Source: Glaucostegus cemiculus (Eukaryota). From it: a stretch of DNA of 64,000 nucleotides. Positions 1 to 11,870 of the stretch are shown in pieces. The first letter of the stretch is position 1. Each line of letters begins with the position of its first letter. Location: assembly GCA_976551045.1 (NCBI GenBank), contig CDPCPM010000479.1, positions 62,001-126,000 of the forward strand. Reading direction: 5' to 3'. A program made the position numbers and the translations under genes. The notes under the pieces were generated by a model, which did no database searches, was not told the DNA's origin, and saw nothing but the letters and a program-made list of their open reading frames with translations.

Positions 1-125
1 TTAAATAGGCAAAGCATAGGATACGGACCTTGTGTGGGCAAATGGGATTAGTGTAGGTGAGCAAATAAAGTCAGCATGGACACAGTGGGCCAAAGTCCCA
101 TTTCTGTGCAAGACAGCTCTGACTG
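1..125 (+). mobile_element. CR1/HER1-type LINE 3' UTR fragment
   Basis: ggcaaatgggattagtgtag...catggacacagtgggccaaag...ctctgact resembles the CR1 tails at 7913-8100 and 19150-19290. Confidence 0.65.
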
Positions 126-609
126 TAAGTACAGTGTATATTTCTATTCAGTACACGTCTCTACCTTTCAGAAGGAATTCAGAGGCAGGTATATTATAGT
201 CCTCCCTCTTAAGATATTTCCCTATCACCTCCAACTGTGTTTGGTATGGGTGATATTTACACTCGTGAACTGAGAGATTTCCTGTCTGGGCGGTTGCATA
301 TTCTAACACTTAGTCTTGGATACAACAAGAACAAGAGTTTTCCTCCACTCTGGCATAACATTTATGTATGTAAATCAAACCAGAGATTCACTTAATGCAC
401 TAGTATACATGTTCCCCTTTGCACAGGTAGCCTGGCCAAGTAAGGTCATTGAATTATACGCAAGATGGTCTAGAGTCAGATAGGCTCACTTGGTACCACA
501 CTTAGCTCTGATTAGATTAGATTGATGCTTCAGTCCAATAGCAAGTTGGAAATGGTGTCTTTCAGTTGAGACTTTAAATCATGACACCAGCTCATATTTC
601 ATATTTCCA

Positions 610-915
610 TATTACAGAGACAGTGACCATTTTCACCATCAAGTCTGTTGAGGCTCACAGAAAAATCCCATTTCCCCACTAATTTTCCCTATAACCTGTT
701 GTCCCCACATTCCCATCTACTCCCTTCAGATTCTACAGCCGCCTGCACTAGGAGTGAGTTACAATGGCCAATTAACCTACCAGCCCCCATGTCTTTGGCA
801 TGTGGGAGGAAACCCAAGCATCCAGGGGAGAAACTAGACAACTACAGGGAGAACATGCAGACTCCACACAGACAGTCCCCGAGGTCAGGATTGAACCTTG
901 GGTGTGGAGCTGTGA
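610..915 (-). mobile_element. HE1-like V-SINE
   Basis: V-domain core gtctttggcatgtgggaggaaacc...gggagaacatgcagactccacacagacag and B-box-like ggattgaacc, both in reverse orientation. Confidence 0.75.
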
Positions 916-1190
916 ACATAAGAAATAAAACCCGAAGGAGGCCCTTTATGCCTGCTGCATCATTCATCAAGATCATGGCTGATATTCTGTCTCAACACCA
1001 TCCTTTTGCACCTTCCCCATGTTCCCTTAGCAGAAATCAATAGTTTTCTGGATATTTTGTATGAACTCTGACTGAGCCAAAGGTTCACTTGCATAAAGAT
1101 ATTTCTCCCTCGAGTCCTTAAATAGCCAACCCCTTATTATGACACCATGATCCATGATTCTACACTGCTTAGCCAGGGGAAAATACAAGA
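915..1190 (-). mobile_element. Decayed CR1 3' end
   Basis: gaacataagaaat...cctgctgcatcattcatcaagatcatggctgat matches the reverse tail seen at 20600-20680. Confidence 0.55.
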
Positions 1191-2069
1191 CTTACATCCA
1201 ATAAACCCAGATGTGGCCTAAATCCAGATGCTGGAGCAAAAAAAAACTTTGCTCTTACCTATTGGTTGTAACTGGTGTCATCTTCCTCCAGCAACTCACT
1301 TTTTGTAGATTGCTTAACAATATTTGGTGCTCTCTTGCTTCTTGATTCCAATAACTATTCAAGATTTATGACTTTTCTGCTTGTGGAGTTTAAACCCTGT
1401 ATCCTATGGGTAGTTCTGCAAAGGATTACAGTCTTTACATTGTTGGGGGCAAAGTGCGAAGGCTCCCCATTGATCTTTGACTGCAGGGCATGCCAAAAGG
1501 TAACTTTTTGAAAATGGAAGTAATTTTATTTTTTTTAATCTACTGCAAAGAAACATACAGCTGGATTTCTATTCGCTTTGTTTTCCCAGCCATTACCGCA
1601 CCACTTTGGTGTTCAGTAAGTTCTCTTGTGGAATTAGAGTCCAGGCTAATTAGGAGCTACTTGATCTCCTACATTTGGTATTCTTGCTGCTGTTGGGAAT
1701 CCAGACTATACAGGTTAAACAGGGATAATGACAGGGACTTTTTAGACTCAGACACGCAGATAAAATTTATTGCCCATTTTAAAGACCTATATTCTGTCAT
1801 TTTTTAAAAATATTATTACAAATTACATGCCCTCATTTATAATGTAGATTGACTTGTGTATTTAAGAATAGTGGTACTGTAGACTTTTTTAAAGCAATAT
1901 ATTTATCTATTTATAGCCCAGCAATAACTAATATCTGATGGAATGATATTTCACTTTTAAGAAAATTAATTTTCATTGCTAGAGAAGTTGTATGGTTAAA
2001 ATAAAATAACATTTATAAATGTATCAAAATGTGACTGATTCCTAAGCATATTTTTAAAACATTCTTCAG

Positions 2070-2253
2070 CTTTGCAGTCATTCATTCGAGCATATACCAC
2101 ATATCCAGCAAATCTAAAGCAGATATTTCACGTGAAGTCCCTTCACCTTGGACACACTGCCAAAAGCTTTGGACTCAGAGATGCACCGCAGAAGCTGAGT
2201 GGCACAATAATGGCCAGTGAGCAGAAGAAGAATCTTAAACGAAGAATGAAGAG
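2070..2253 (+). CDS. DDX31: DEAD-box RNA helicase DDX31, penultimate coding exon (earlier exons lie upstream of the window)
   Basis: Translates (A)[39 protein letters not shown]..., matching the remembered DDX31/Dbp7 C-terminal extension ALQSFIQAYATYP...[16 protein letters not shown]. Acceptor ttcttcag ends at 2069; donor AG|gtaagg starts at 2254 (phase 2). Confidence 0.93.
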
Positions 2254-3789
2254 GTAAGGGGCCTTGACTGCTTCAGTTAATTGTTGTGTTGTGATTCAAA
2301 TGTTTCCAGTTGTTTAAAATAAAGCAGGGCCAGAGCCATAAACATGGTTGCAAATAAAGCAGCTGATTGCTCTAAAGGGAAGTATTTTATATCTACACAG
2401 GAAAGTAAGGCATTGTTTCCCAATTGTGATAGTTGCATGATCATTGGAATCTTTCAGTTTTGAGCTATTTAGTTTTCCACTTGTCTCTGTTATTCAAATG
2501 AAGTTGTTACCCCATTCCAAAGATTAATTTCAATGTGCTCTAAATGTGCAGTTCTGTGTCAATATCATAGTTTTAACATAGTCTGGTTGATAATTTTGCT
2601 TGCCTACTACTCTCCAGAATAAATCGAATCATGAGATGTTTCTTTGTTTCGCATTCTGCGGCTGTATTGTAACATTACACGCCTCTGAATGAAGAAAGTA
2701 AAAACACTCTGGACTTCTGTTCTCTGATGTTGCTTCGGCAGAAGTACCAATTGCTCACATAAATGGGGTTTTAGTTGAGTTTCTACTAAAAGTCAGGGAA
2801 ATTCTCTTCCAAGATACTCTGCTAACAATGACTGAACAGAGTACATAGAGGATATTCTCCCTTGTGTACTTTTAAGATGGGTCGATATTCCTGCCCTTGG
2901 GCTAGGTGAAGGTTTGATTATCATCTCTGTTATATCCAGCCACCCATATTCTACAGAAGAGAGCTGTAGCACTAGTGAGTGGAGTCCTTTTCTATAAGGA
3001 TCCAGAATACTTGGTACATGCCTAAGTTAGCTGGAGTGCACTTATTCTGACTTGCATGTATGCCATAGATGTTTTATGCACAAGTTTATGGCAGGCAAGC
3101 TGATTCATTAGCTGCTGCAGTAAACACTCTGCTTGACTGCAAGCAGTTGAGATTCTTGTTCCCTCTGATAAACCTTGCAGATCCATTATAGGCTTTTTTA
3201 AAAATTTTCAGTAGTAGGTGTTGAAGTAAATAAATGTATCGCTGCCTGTGTCTTCCAAGATGAAAAGAAATAAGTACCAGGATTTGGATAGTGCAGGTAA
3301 ATGGAATATTGCTTTTTCATTTCTGGGTTACTTGCATTCAAGTTCAATCTAAATGTACTTGATCAAAATCATCATCTTGTTATTAGTCTGAAACATTGCT
3401 GTTACTGAGCACAACTCCACATTTTGGCACAAGCATGTCTTGTACTGGCATTCATTCAGAGAATTTACAAAGACACAGTTTCTTACTGGTACAGTGGTAA
3501 ATGTTTCATTGTAGCTGGGATTAAAACCAATAATAGAGTTTGCATCTGTCCATATTAATAACTGATGCCAAATGCCCAAATGAAAATGCTTCATGTTCCC
3601 ATCACCTGCCTTGAATGGCAAAAATCAACAGAAAAGAACTACTTCACAAAGTGACAACCAAAATTATGGTTAGGTGTACCTCGGAACAGGTACACTATTC
3701 ATGAGCACTTTCCTAATGTATTTTCATAGAAAGAAATTGGAAACTGTTTTTGTAATTTTTCTGTAATTTTTTTTGCAATAACTAGTGAT

Positions 3790-4130
3790 TTGCACTTGGA
3801 GTATTGTGTGCAGTTCTGGTCACCATAATACAAGGATGTGATTAAACTAGAGAGGGTGCAGAAAGGATTCACAAGGATGTTGCCTGGTTTGGAAGGCTTG
3901 AGTTATAAGGAGAGATTCGATAGGTTGGGACAATTTTCCTTGGAGCAAAGGAAGCTAAGGGATGATGTTATAAAGGTCTGTATAATTATGAGAGGCACAG
4001 ATAGGGTAGATAGTCACAGTCTTTTTCCCAGGGTAGAGGAGTCTAAAACAAGAGGGTATAGATTGAAGGTGAGAGTGGAAAGATTTAAAGTGGACCTGAG
4101 GGGTGTGTTTTTCACACAGAAAGTGATGGG
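3790..4130 (+). mobile_element. CR1-clade LINE, ORF2 C-terminal fragment
   Basis: LEYCVQFWSP followed by KLERVQKGFTRMLPGLEGLSYKERFDRLGQFSLEQRKLR, the canonical CR1 ORF2 end. Confidence 0.9.
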
Positions 4131-4169
4131 ACCTTGTCAAAGGCTTTGTTCTTCAAAACTCGATCATGA

Positions 4170-4395
4170 AGCTAGGGCTGTTAGCCTTTTCAAATTGTGC
4201 AATGGGATCTTTTGCATCACCTGAGCACTCATCTTCCATGAAGCATGACACCTCTAAAAGTACACCATGGCAAAATCTTGAACCACTCCCTCTACATTGG
4301 ACTGAAGAGTCATCACAGATTGAATCCTGAGATCTGGGAGAGGAATTTGAGTCCTTACATTGGTTACAAAGTCAGAAGGATGCTTATACTGAGCA
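4170..4395 (-). mobile_element. Old Deu-domain SINE relic (SacSINE1/AmnSINE1-like)
   Basis: atgggatcttttgcatcacctgag...actccctctacattggactg is the reverse of the remembered Deu core ctcaggtggacgtaaaagatcccat. A weaker plus-strand relic lies near 480-590. Confidence 0.5.
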
Positions 4396-6794
4396 GAAGT
4401 CATATAATTCCTATTTGAAAAAAGTTATGCGAGTTAAATTTTTTCAGGAGTACTTTATCCAGGTCTTTCTCAGATGTACACAAAGGTTTGCCTCATTGCC
4501 ATGCTCTGGAAGTACAATTGGGCTCAATGAATTCACAAACTAAAGAGAGCTAGCAACAAAAATACTTCTCCAAGGAGCATATCACACCTCAGATCAAAGG
4601 AGATCTTTCATACTGGGTAAGTACTTCTGAAGAAAACCCAAGCTGGTTCTGAACATGCTGGTGCAGAATACTAATTATTTCTATCACCTGAAGAGGGGTG
4701 AGAAGAGAAAATCACCTGTGTTCCATCAGTTTGATAATCTTTTTACTAGCTCCAACCCGGAAACTTTGACTGCCATGACAACCTCTCTACTGGCTATGGC
4801 AATCACAGACAATTAGCTCTTGTCTGTCATGAGCCATTGTCATGTATTGGATTTACTCATGGGCCACCAGCTACAACTCTGTTTTAAGCCAGTGCAATTC
4901 CTGCCTAAAATGCATATTGAGAAGCTATAATGTAAAAACATTTCAAGATACTAGTTGGTCTCCCATGGTGTTGCACAGGAGGTGTCTCAACCAAATGTAC
5001 ACTTCATATAGAGTGGGTTTGAGAAGCAGTGCATAATTGGTACACGATACACATTTTAAAATTGTACAATTTATTCTTACCTTTTTTATTATTTTAGTAT
5101 TAGTTGACTCCATGTGAACTGTCAAGTCATAATTCACTTTCCCATCTTAAAGTCATCCTTGCTTGGAAGCTGCGAGTATAATTGTTTGGAGCCTAGAAAT
5201 CCAATGGAATACAGTTTTGTTAAAGGCACAAAGCTGAAAAGGTGGAACATGACCGTTAGTGGAGGAGGATGTAATTAATAGCATGGCATCTTTATGTGAG
5301 TTATTTCTATTATAACTGTGGGCATCTGATGGAAAAAAAAAGTGGCAATGTGACAAAAATATCACAACACTGAAGAGGCCAGAACATGCACACAATGAGA
5401 GATTATTAATAATTTTGGATAGATTTGCTGAAATTGTAATGTTACTAGCTTGTTTCCCTGTAGTGTTCACTATCTAAAAATAATGTAAATATCACAATAA
5501 TGGATGATATCGTCTTTGTTATGTTGGTGTTTTATGATTTGCATCTTTCATTTTTAATTGACTTCCATCCTTTTGGCCTCTGGGCAACAAGTTGGTGAGG
5601 TGAATGGAGGAATAGAGTTTATTCTCCAAAGCTGCAATGCATCAGTTTCACCCTGTGCATCAGCGTGAATGTTGATTTCTTTGTTTTCATTTTGCTTTGC
5701 TGTTTATAACCTCTGCAGTTCAAATTTTGTTGTATTATTTGAAGTTCTAAACTAATCATTTTTCAATGTCATTGCGCTGAGAGAAGGCATGGTGTTGCCT
5801 TTGATGGTTAGCAAGCAGGATGTAATTTGCTCATTGTGTGCAGATGTATTTCAGACCCCAATTCCAGGCATGCATTCTGTCCACATGCTCATATCATGTG
5901 TGAAAAAGGTCTATTAGAAAAAGTTACACTATTTGTTTAGTGGAGCACTGAGTTTCTTTGCAGTACAGGCACAAAACCAAAGGTCTATTGTGCCACCTCT
6001 AGTAGGGTGGTTTAATTATATGACATGTTTACATTGGCAATCTTCATTATAAATACAGGAATCCTTAATGGAATTGTACACACAGATAAAAGATTTTTAA
6101 CATCAGTGGTATAAGGTGTTCACTACTTGATTTTTTTTCTTGTGTTGATTTATTGTGTTGTAATTACTGTTCTAATACATTGGTCTTTTCCAGGTCAGTA
6201 ATTTATAAAGTGATTCAATGCAGATATTGACTCATTCACAGGAATTATTTATTATAATTCATAAAAGACTGTCAGATACCCAGAGGAAAAATGCTACCAT
6301 TGTTGTAGAAAACACTTTTATGTGAAAGAGGCACTGAGTCATGATATGTTGTACCCAGCCCTAGACAGGCAGAAATCTGAGCTAACAAAATATTTGGGTG
6401 CCTTCAAAGCCATTGTTTGAAAGCCTTTATTCTCAGTATATTTTCTGTAGGATCTTTTATGCAGTCAAAGTATAGAGATTCTGTGAACATTAAAATGTGC
6501 TCAAATAATAAATGCAGGTAAATGTTTATACTTTTTTTAAATGCCATATATTCTGTCCTTATATAATAATTGATTAAGTAACGCATTTCTCATACTCCTA
6601 ACCATTGTACCATGCATTGTGTGGCAAAGCCAATAGACCATGTCTGATCTTAGCTGCATTTTCAGAACACAGTCAAAGGCACTTACCAACTTTTCCTGAG
6701 ATTAGTCCTGATCACTGTTTATGGAATTGTGTACATTGGGTATTAACTGTTATTATACTTGGCCACCAAAGTCAAATTGTCCACAACAACGAAA

Positions 6795-7095
6795 GAATCG
6801 TACAGCACAGAAACAGGCCCTTCATCCCACCGAGTCCACCGTGGACATCAAGCACTATTTTACACTGATCCCATTCTACTCTCTTCACATAGCCAAAATC
6901 TCCCCCAGATTCTACCACTCAACTAGACTAGGGGCAATTTACAACAGCCTATAAACCTGCCACATTTTTGGGATGTGGGAGGAAATCAGAATACCCAGAG
7001 GAAACCCATACAGTTGCAGGAAGAATGTGTAATTCCCCCCATACAGCACCAGATCAGGATTGAGCCAGGGTTGCTGGATCTGCTGTGTACCACTA
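6795..7095 (-). mobile_element. HE1-like V-SINE
   Basis: CR1-like tail tacagcacagaaacaggccctt, core gggatgtgggaggaaatc...gaaaccca, and head caggattgagccagg. Confidence 0.75.
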
Positions 7096-7744
7096 AGCAG
7101 TAATCTTTTCCTGGGGATGGAGAGATCCACTTGCCTATCACCTCTGTTACTAATGATCTAAGCAGTGCTCAGTCCATCAACATCTCAAATTTTAAATGCT
7201 TAACTAACATTTAAACATCTGTTGCTCTTTTGAGGGGACAGAGGATGGGAAGAAACTCGAGAAAATGATCATCTGTAGTGGGGTGAAGATGTTCACACGG
7301 AACCAGAATCAAGAGTAGAATAGGGAGAAAGAACTGGAATCTCGTAGGAGGATGTTCTTTGATGTATACCATTGTGGCAACAGCTGTGATAAATTGGGAG
7401 TGTTCTTTCAGGAACCTACATGGGTTAGGATTTAATGTATCTATTTGGGTGGAAGTCACACTAAATCTTGTTTACTTGTTCACAATTAATTTTGAGAACT
7501 ATTTGAGAAGGGACCTGATTTGGCATTAGGGCTACAGGCAATGAATAATGTCATAGTCAACTAAAATAAAATTGTTAAACAGTGTACCTTGGAAAAGCCA
7601 TCAATTTAAAAAACAGTTCAGAACTAGCTCTGCTGCAGTTGTTCCAGTGCATGGAAAATGACTGATTATTGTGATTCTTGAAACTGCTGAGGGGTACTAA
7701 ATTCAGAGATTGCAGATGCTCACTACCTATGGGAAAATATTAGA

Positions 7745-8100
7745 GTCACAGAGAGATGCAGCATGGAGACCGAGGCTGCGCTGACCGTCAAACACCCTTT
7801 TACACTAATCCGAGATTAATCCCATTTTTTTATTCTCCCCACATTCTCATCTACTCCCTCCAGATTCTACCACTCACCTATATACTAGGGGTAACTTATA
7901 GTGGCCAATCAACTGGAAGTGGTTGAGGCAGGTACAATAGTATCATTTAAGAAACACTTGGATGGCTATATGAAGGAGCGGGGCTCGGAGGGATATGGGC
8001 CAAATGCAGGAGATTGGGACTAGTTGGGTGGGCACCGTGGTCGGCATGGACTGGTTAGTCCAAAGAGCCTGTGTCCGTGCTGTATTGCTCTGTGCCTCTA
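7745..8100. mobile_element. V-SINE 3' half (minus, about 7745-7912) fused to a CR1 3' UTR (plus, about 7913-8100)
   Basis: The left part matches 6840-6950 and 660-780. The right part, gtggttgaggcaggtacaat...gggccaaatgcagg...gtgctgtattgctct, is a CR1 tail. Confidence 0.65.
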
Positions 8101-8109
8101 TGTAGGTAA

Positions 8110-8870
8110 GGATGTAACACTGAAAGAGGACCATGGAAGGATTAACAATTAGAATGTTATATTTGAGATGTTGAGGGAGTGAGAACCATGTAGGCAAATG
8201 GACTTCATTGAGAGAGGTTATGGGCAGCAGTGCTTTGAATGGGCTGAAGTGTATGGTTAGGGCATGAGAGGTCCATCAGCCACACATTGCAATAGTCTAG
8301 TCCAGTGATGATACCGATGTGCGAGAGGGATTCAGCAGCAGATGAGTCGAATCAGTATGAAGCTAAAGGTAGAAATAGGTCATTGTGATGGAGAGGACGT
8401 GGTCAGAAAATGACCAGGCACTCGGGTAGCATTAAAGGGTGGCAAATAATCTGCTTTCAGCCTAAGTCAGATGCTGGGAAGGGGGTGGAACTTTGACTAG
8501 GAGTTAAAAATTATTTTGAATTGAATATTTAACTGGAGTAAATCATAGCAAATCTGAGTTTGGTTAAGGACAAGCAGTGACCATCTAGAGTCACTTTGGG
8601 AAACTAAGAACTGGTAAAAGTGATGAAACCTAGTGTTTATGGGTACATAACATCGACCTTGTATCTGTGGGTGAAGTTGCACTGAGGCAGCCTGGAAGTG
8701 AGAACAGGAGAGAGATTAATGTATCCTTGGGTAGACTCAAAGTCACACTGCAGAGGGAGGAAGAGAACCTGTTACTGGAGTTACTCTGGTTACAGCAGGA
8801 AGTAAGCAACGACACTCTTGCAGCACTTCACAAATGAAGAGAGCCATGGTATGATTAATTTCTTCAAATG
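8110..8870 (-). mobile_element. Decayed L2-clade LINE
   Basis: Purine-rich plus strand with L2 reverse signatures such as aatagtctagtcc and ggcagcagtgctttgaatgggctgaag. No open frame. Confidence 0.5.
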
Positions 8871-9399
8871 CAGAGGGGATACAGTCTTTGTGATTAAGTT
8901 GGAGCCATTTCAGGACAATAGGAAACATTTGAAACTTTTTCAACTAATTCTTATATTTGAGCTGAGCTGGCAAACCCAGCATTAATTGCTTATCCCTAGT
9001 TGCCTTGATAAACTTGCACTTAGGCAGGAGACTGGAGAGGTGTTGAGACCCATGAAATTATGCCCAGCTTGAACCGTTGGCCTCAATATTTAATCAGGAC
9101 TGGGAAAAGACTGGGAGGAAAGAATTCTGGATGGGGAACTCGGGAAGTTTGGGTTTCCCAGCCACCCTGCTGAGATTAACTGCATGATATCTTTTAACCA
9201 TTCTCAGAAGGTTTTCTGCCCAGTGGGCAACCAGCTTGACAGGCTGGCTTCCCGCTGGGCATGTAAACGAATGCCAGGGAAGTAGGAGATTACCCTAGGT
9301 TTGGGGGGAGAAAGGGGTAGCGGTGATTGATGGGAAGTCAGAGGTTCCTTGGATGTTTGGATAAGGTTTAATTGAAGATCATGGTGGGGGGTGGAGTTT

Positions 9400-9665
9400 T
9401 AAGGCCACAGTAGCAGTGGTGAGAAGCCTGAGGTCACTGGGGAGTGTGGGGAATCGGGGTTAGGGCTTGTGTCGGGAGAGGCAAGAGTTGTCTTAGGGGA
9501 GACTAAGGTGGCAAGGGTTGTATCGGAAGAATCAGTGATTGGGAGGATTATATTGAGAGAGGCAGTGATTGAATCGGGGGAGCTGGAGATTGCAAGGGTT
9601 GTGTGGGACGTGTCAGAGACGACAAGGGTTGTGACGGGGGAATCTGAGGTGACGGGATTATTAAG
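9400..9665. repeat. G-rich degenerate tandem/low-complexity tract
   Basis: Recurrent caagggttgt, cagtgattg and gaatcgggg units. This tract produces the S/T/P/D-rich ORF 9399-9680. Confidence 0.6.
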
Positions 9666-10699
9666 TTGAATGATGAGCATCTTCTATCATAGTAGAAGAT
9701 TGTAATACATCAAACTTCTTGCCTTGGGCAGCATTTGGAGATTATTTCCAATAAAGGGGAGAATAGAAATCCCTATCCTTATAAATGTAACCCCACCCCA
9801 GATACAATCCTTCATGTTTATTCAACTACAGCTTGTAACTCCCAGGTATGGCACCAAATCTAGGCTGGAATTCAAAGAGCATTATCCACAAACAGACAAA
9901 ACTCTTGTGTAGCCCCAATTGCTGCTCTGTCCTCCTTGTCAAACAGAGTAATGTTAATTAAAAGGATCTATTTTTAAACTGTCTGTTTACTGACGATAAC
10001 TACCTTTATTATTCTCTGTAATGCCTGTAGTAATGTGTCAGATCACAGCTTGTGCTGCAATTAATAGAATAGACAACAATTTAAACTTGACCCAATTGAA
10101 AGCACTCACTTGTCTCTGTCTGTGTCAGGGGATTGCTTTAGAGTGGGGGGTAGGGTTAGTAGCTGGTGCAGTAAACAGCTGCTACTTAATACAATAAACA
10201 ATAAGAGGTTTGTGTAAACTGAGCACCTGTTAGACAAGGATGCTCCTGTCAGCTGGCAAGTTGGGCTTCCTTCTTTTGAGTGAAACCTACCATTGTCATT
10301 TGGTTCTGTTGGGTTCCCTTCTAATGTAGACATATGATGGTCAATCTCTTTTTGTTAAACAGACTACGTTTGAGTTATATTGTAATCAGTTATTTTCCCG
10401 TATTGCTGTGATAGTTGCTTTGAAAGTAGGCCGGTACATTCACTAACTGGAGGCTTGACTTGTTAAGGATTTGTTTTTTTTCTTTTTCCCTTTTATGTCT
10501 TTAGTGTAGTTATTTGATGTGATTCTTGCTACATCACAGGACTGCTTTGGAAACCTAGTGTGTAAATGATGCTGTTCTAATGATTTAATGGCCTGTGTAG
10601 ATTTGACCTATTGACTTATACTTCAACACAGTTTACAAGTTTTAAATGAACTAGTGATCGTAATCTCAAACTGTTAATTTGGTTATTAGTTTGTTTCTG

Positions 10700-10760
10700 T
10701 GTATACACACGCGCACACACACTGTATACACACACACACTTATACACACACACATACATA
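10700..10760. repeat. Imperfect (CA/TA)n microsatellite
   Basis: Directly visible in the sequence. Confidence 0.85.
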
Positions 10761-10784
10761 CCTACTTGTGAAGAAGGTTTATTC

Positions 10785-10975
10785 TCTGACTTCAGCCTCT
10801 TATCCAAAGCCCCTTCCCTCTTCCTACCTTTGCACCATTGCTGCTGAGGCCTTTGGTCACTTGGGCTCAACACTGGAATCCTTTCTGTCTATCTCACTAC
10901 CTCCATCTTGTGCTCCGACCTCCAAAACCCACACCTTTGACCAAGCTTTTGTTGGACCCTCCTAATATCTTCTGC
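10785..10975 (+). mobile_element. L2 LINE 3' end relic
   Basis: gcctttggtcacttgggc...ctggaatcc...aaaacccacacctttgaccaagctttt resembles the L2 tail also seen at 24360-24460. Confidence 0.55.
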
Positions 10976-11099
10976 AAAGCACTTTTTGTTTGAGAGACTG
11001 AAAAAGAATGTAAAGAGCAAGTAGGTGGCAGATGCCACTCAGTGTACTTCACCAAGATACATTTTTTGATGTATTTGGAAGTAGGAATAGGAAAGAAGA

Positions 11100-11870
11100 T
11101 TCAGCTCAAGTGGTGATATCTTAAATGGGAAAGTGGATTGCAGGGATTTGGCGAGTAGATGTACAAGTTATATAGGATGGTAGTGAGGATATACGAGGCT
11201 GTGTCATGGACAAACAAAGTCCTTGGTTTTGAATCTCAAGCTATGGAATATAAAAGCAAACCGATTTGGTTGAATATGCAACCTGTTTGGATACCATATT
11301 ATGGGAATGATGTGAAAGCACTGAAAAAGCAGCAGAACGTATTCCTTGGTTGTTAGCTGGAAATGATCTAATCATGAACAGAGATATGAGAAATCAGGGT
11401 GTTTTCACTAGAGCTGAGTAAGTTACCAAAACTGATGGATTCTGATCAGGTAAATTGGTTTACTATTGTCACATGTGCCAAGGTTCAGTGAAAAATTTTG
11501 TTTTGCATGCCTTCCACACAGATCACTCATCACATCATGCACTGAGGTAGTATAAGGGAAAACAATAACAGAATGCAGAATAGTGTTGCAGAGCAAGTGC
11601 AGTGCAGGCAGACAATAAGGTGCAAGGCTATAAAAAGGTAGATTGTTACAAGCTAAGTAGTAAATGTTGTTATTGTTTAGCTAGACAGTAAAAAGTCGTA
11701 AATGAAAGAAAATCAAAAGAAAGTGGAGATTAGAAAATACTTTTTACATAGGATAGTGAGAATGTGGAATTCTGTCACCAACAGTTGCTGAAGCAAAATG
11801 CATTGATACATTACAGGGGAATTAGCTCACTGCTTTGTAAGAATATCACAGGAAACAGGAACTAAGCAAG
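11100..11870 (+). mobile_element. Old CR1 fragment interrupted by a Rex1-type insertion
   Basis: Decayed CR1 peptide WIPYYGNDVKALKKQQ before the insert; the CR1 3' region gtgagaatgtggaattct...gttgctgaagca resumes after it. Confidence 0.55.
11451..11646 (-). mobile_element. Rex1/Babar-clade LINE 3' UTR
   Basis: Closely matches the reverse complement of 61315-61520. Confidence 0.8.

Noticed and set aside
648-1043. 131-aa ORF and the many other 60-150 aa ORFs in the track
   Set aside because: They overlap SINE/LINE relics or are chance frames with no recognisable domains.
9399-9680. Mucin-like S/T/P-rich ORF
   Set aside because: Product of a low-complexity G-rich repeat, with no supported splice sites.
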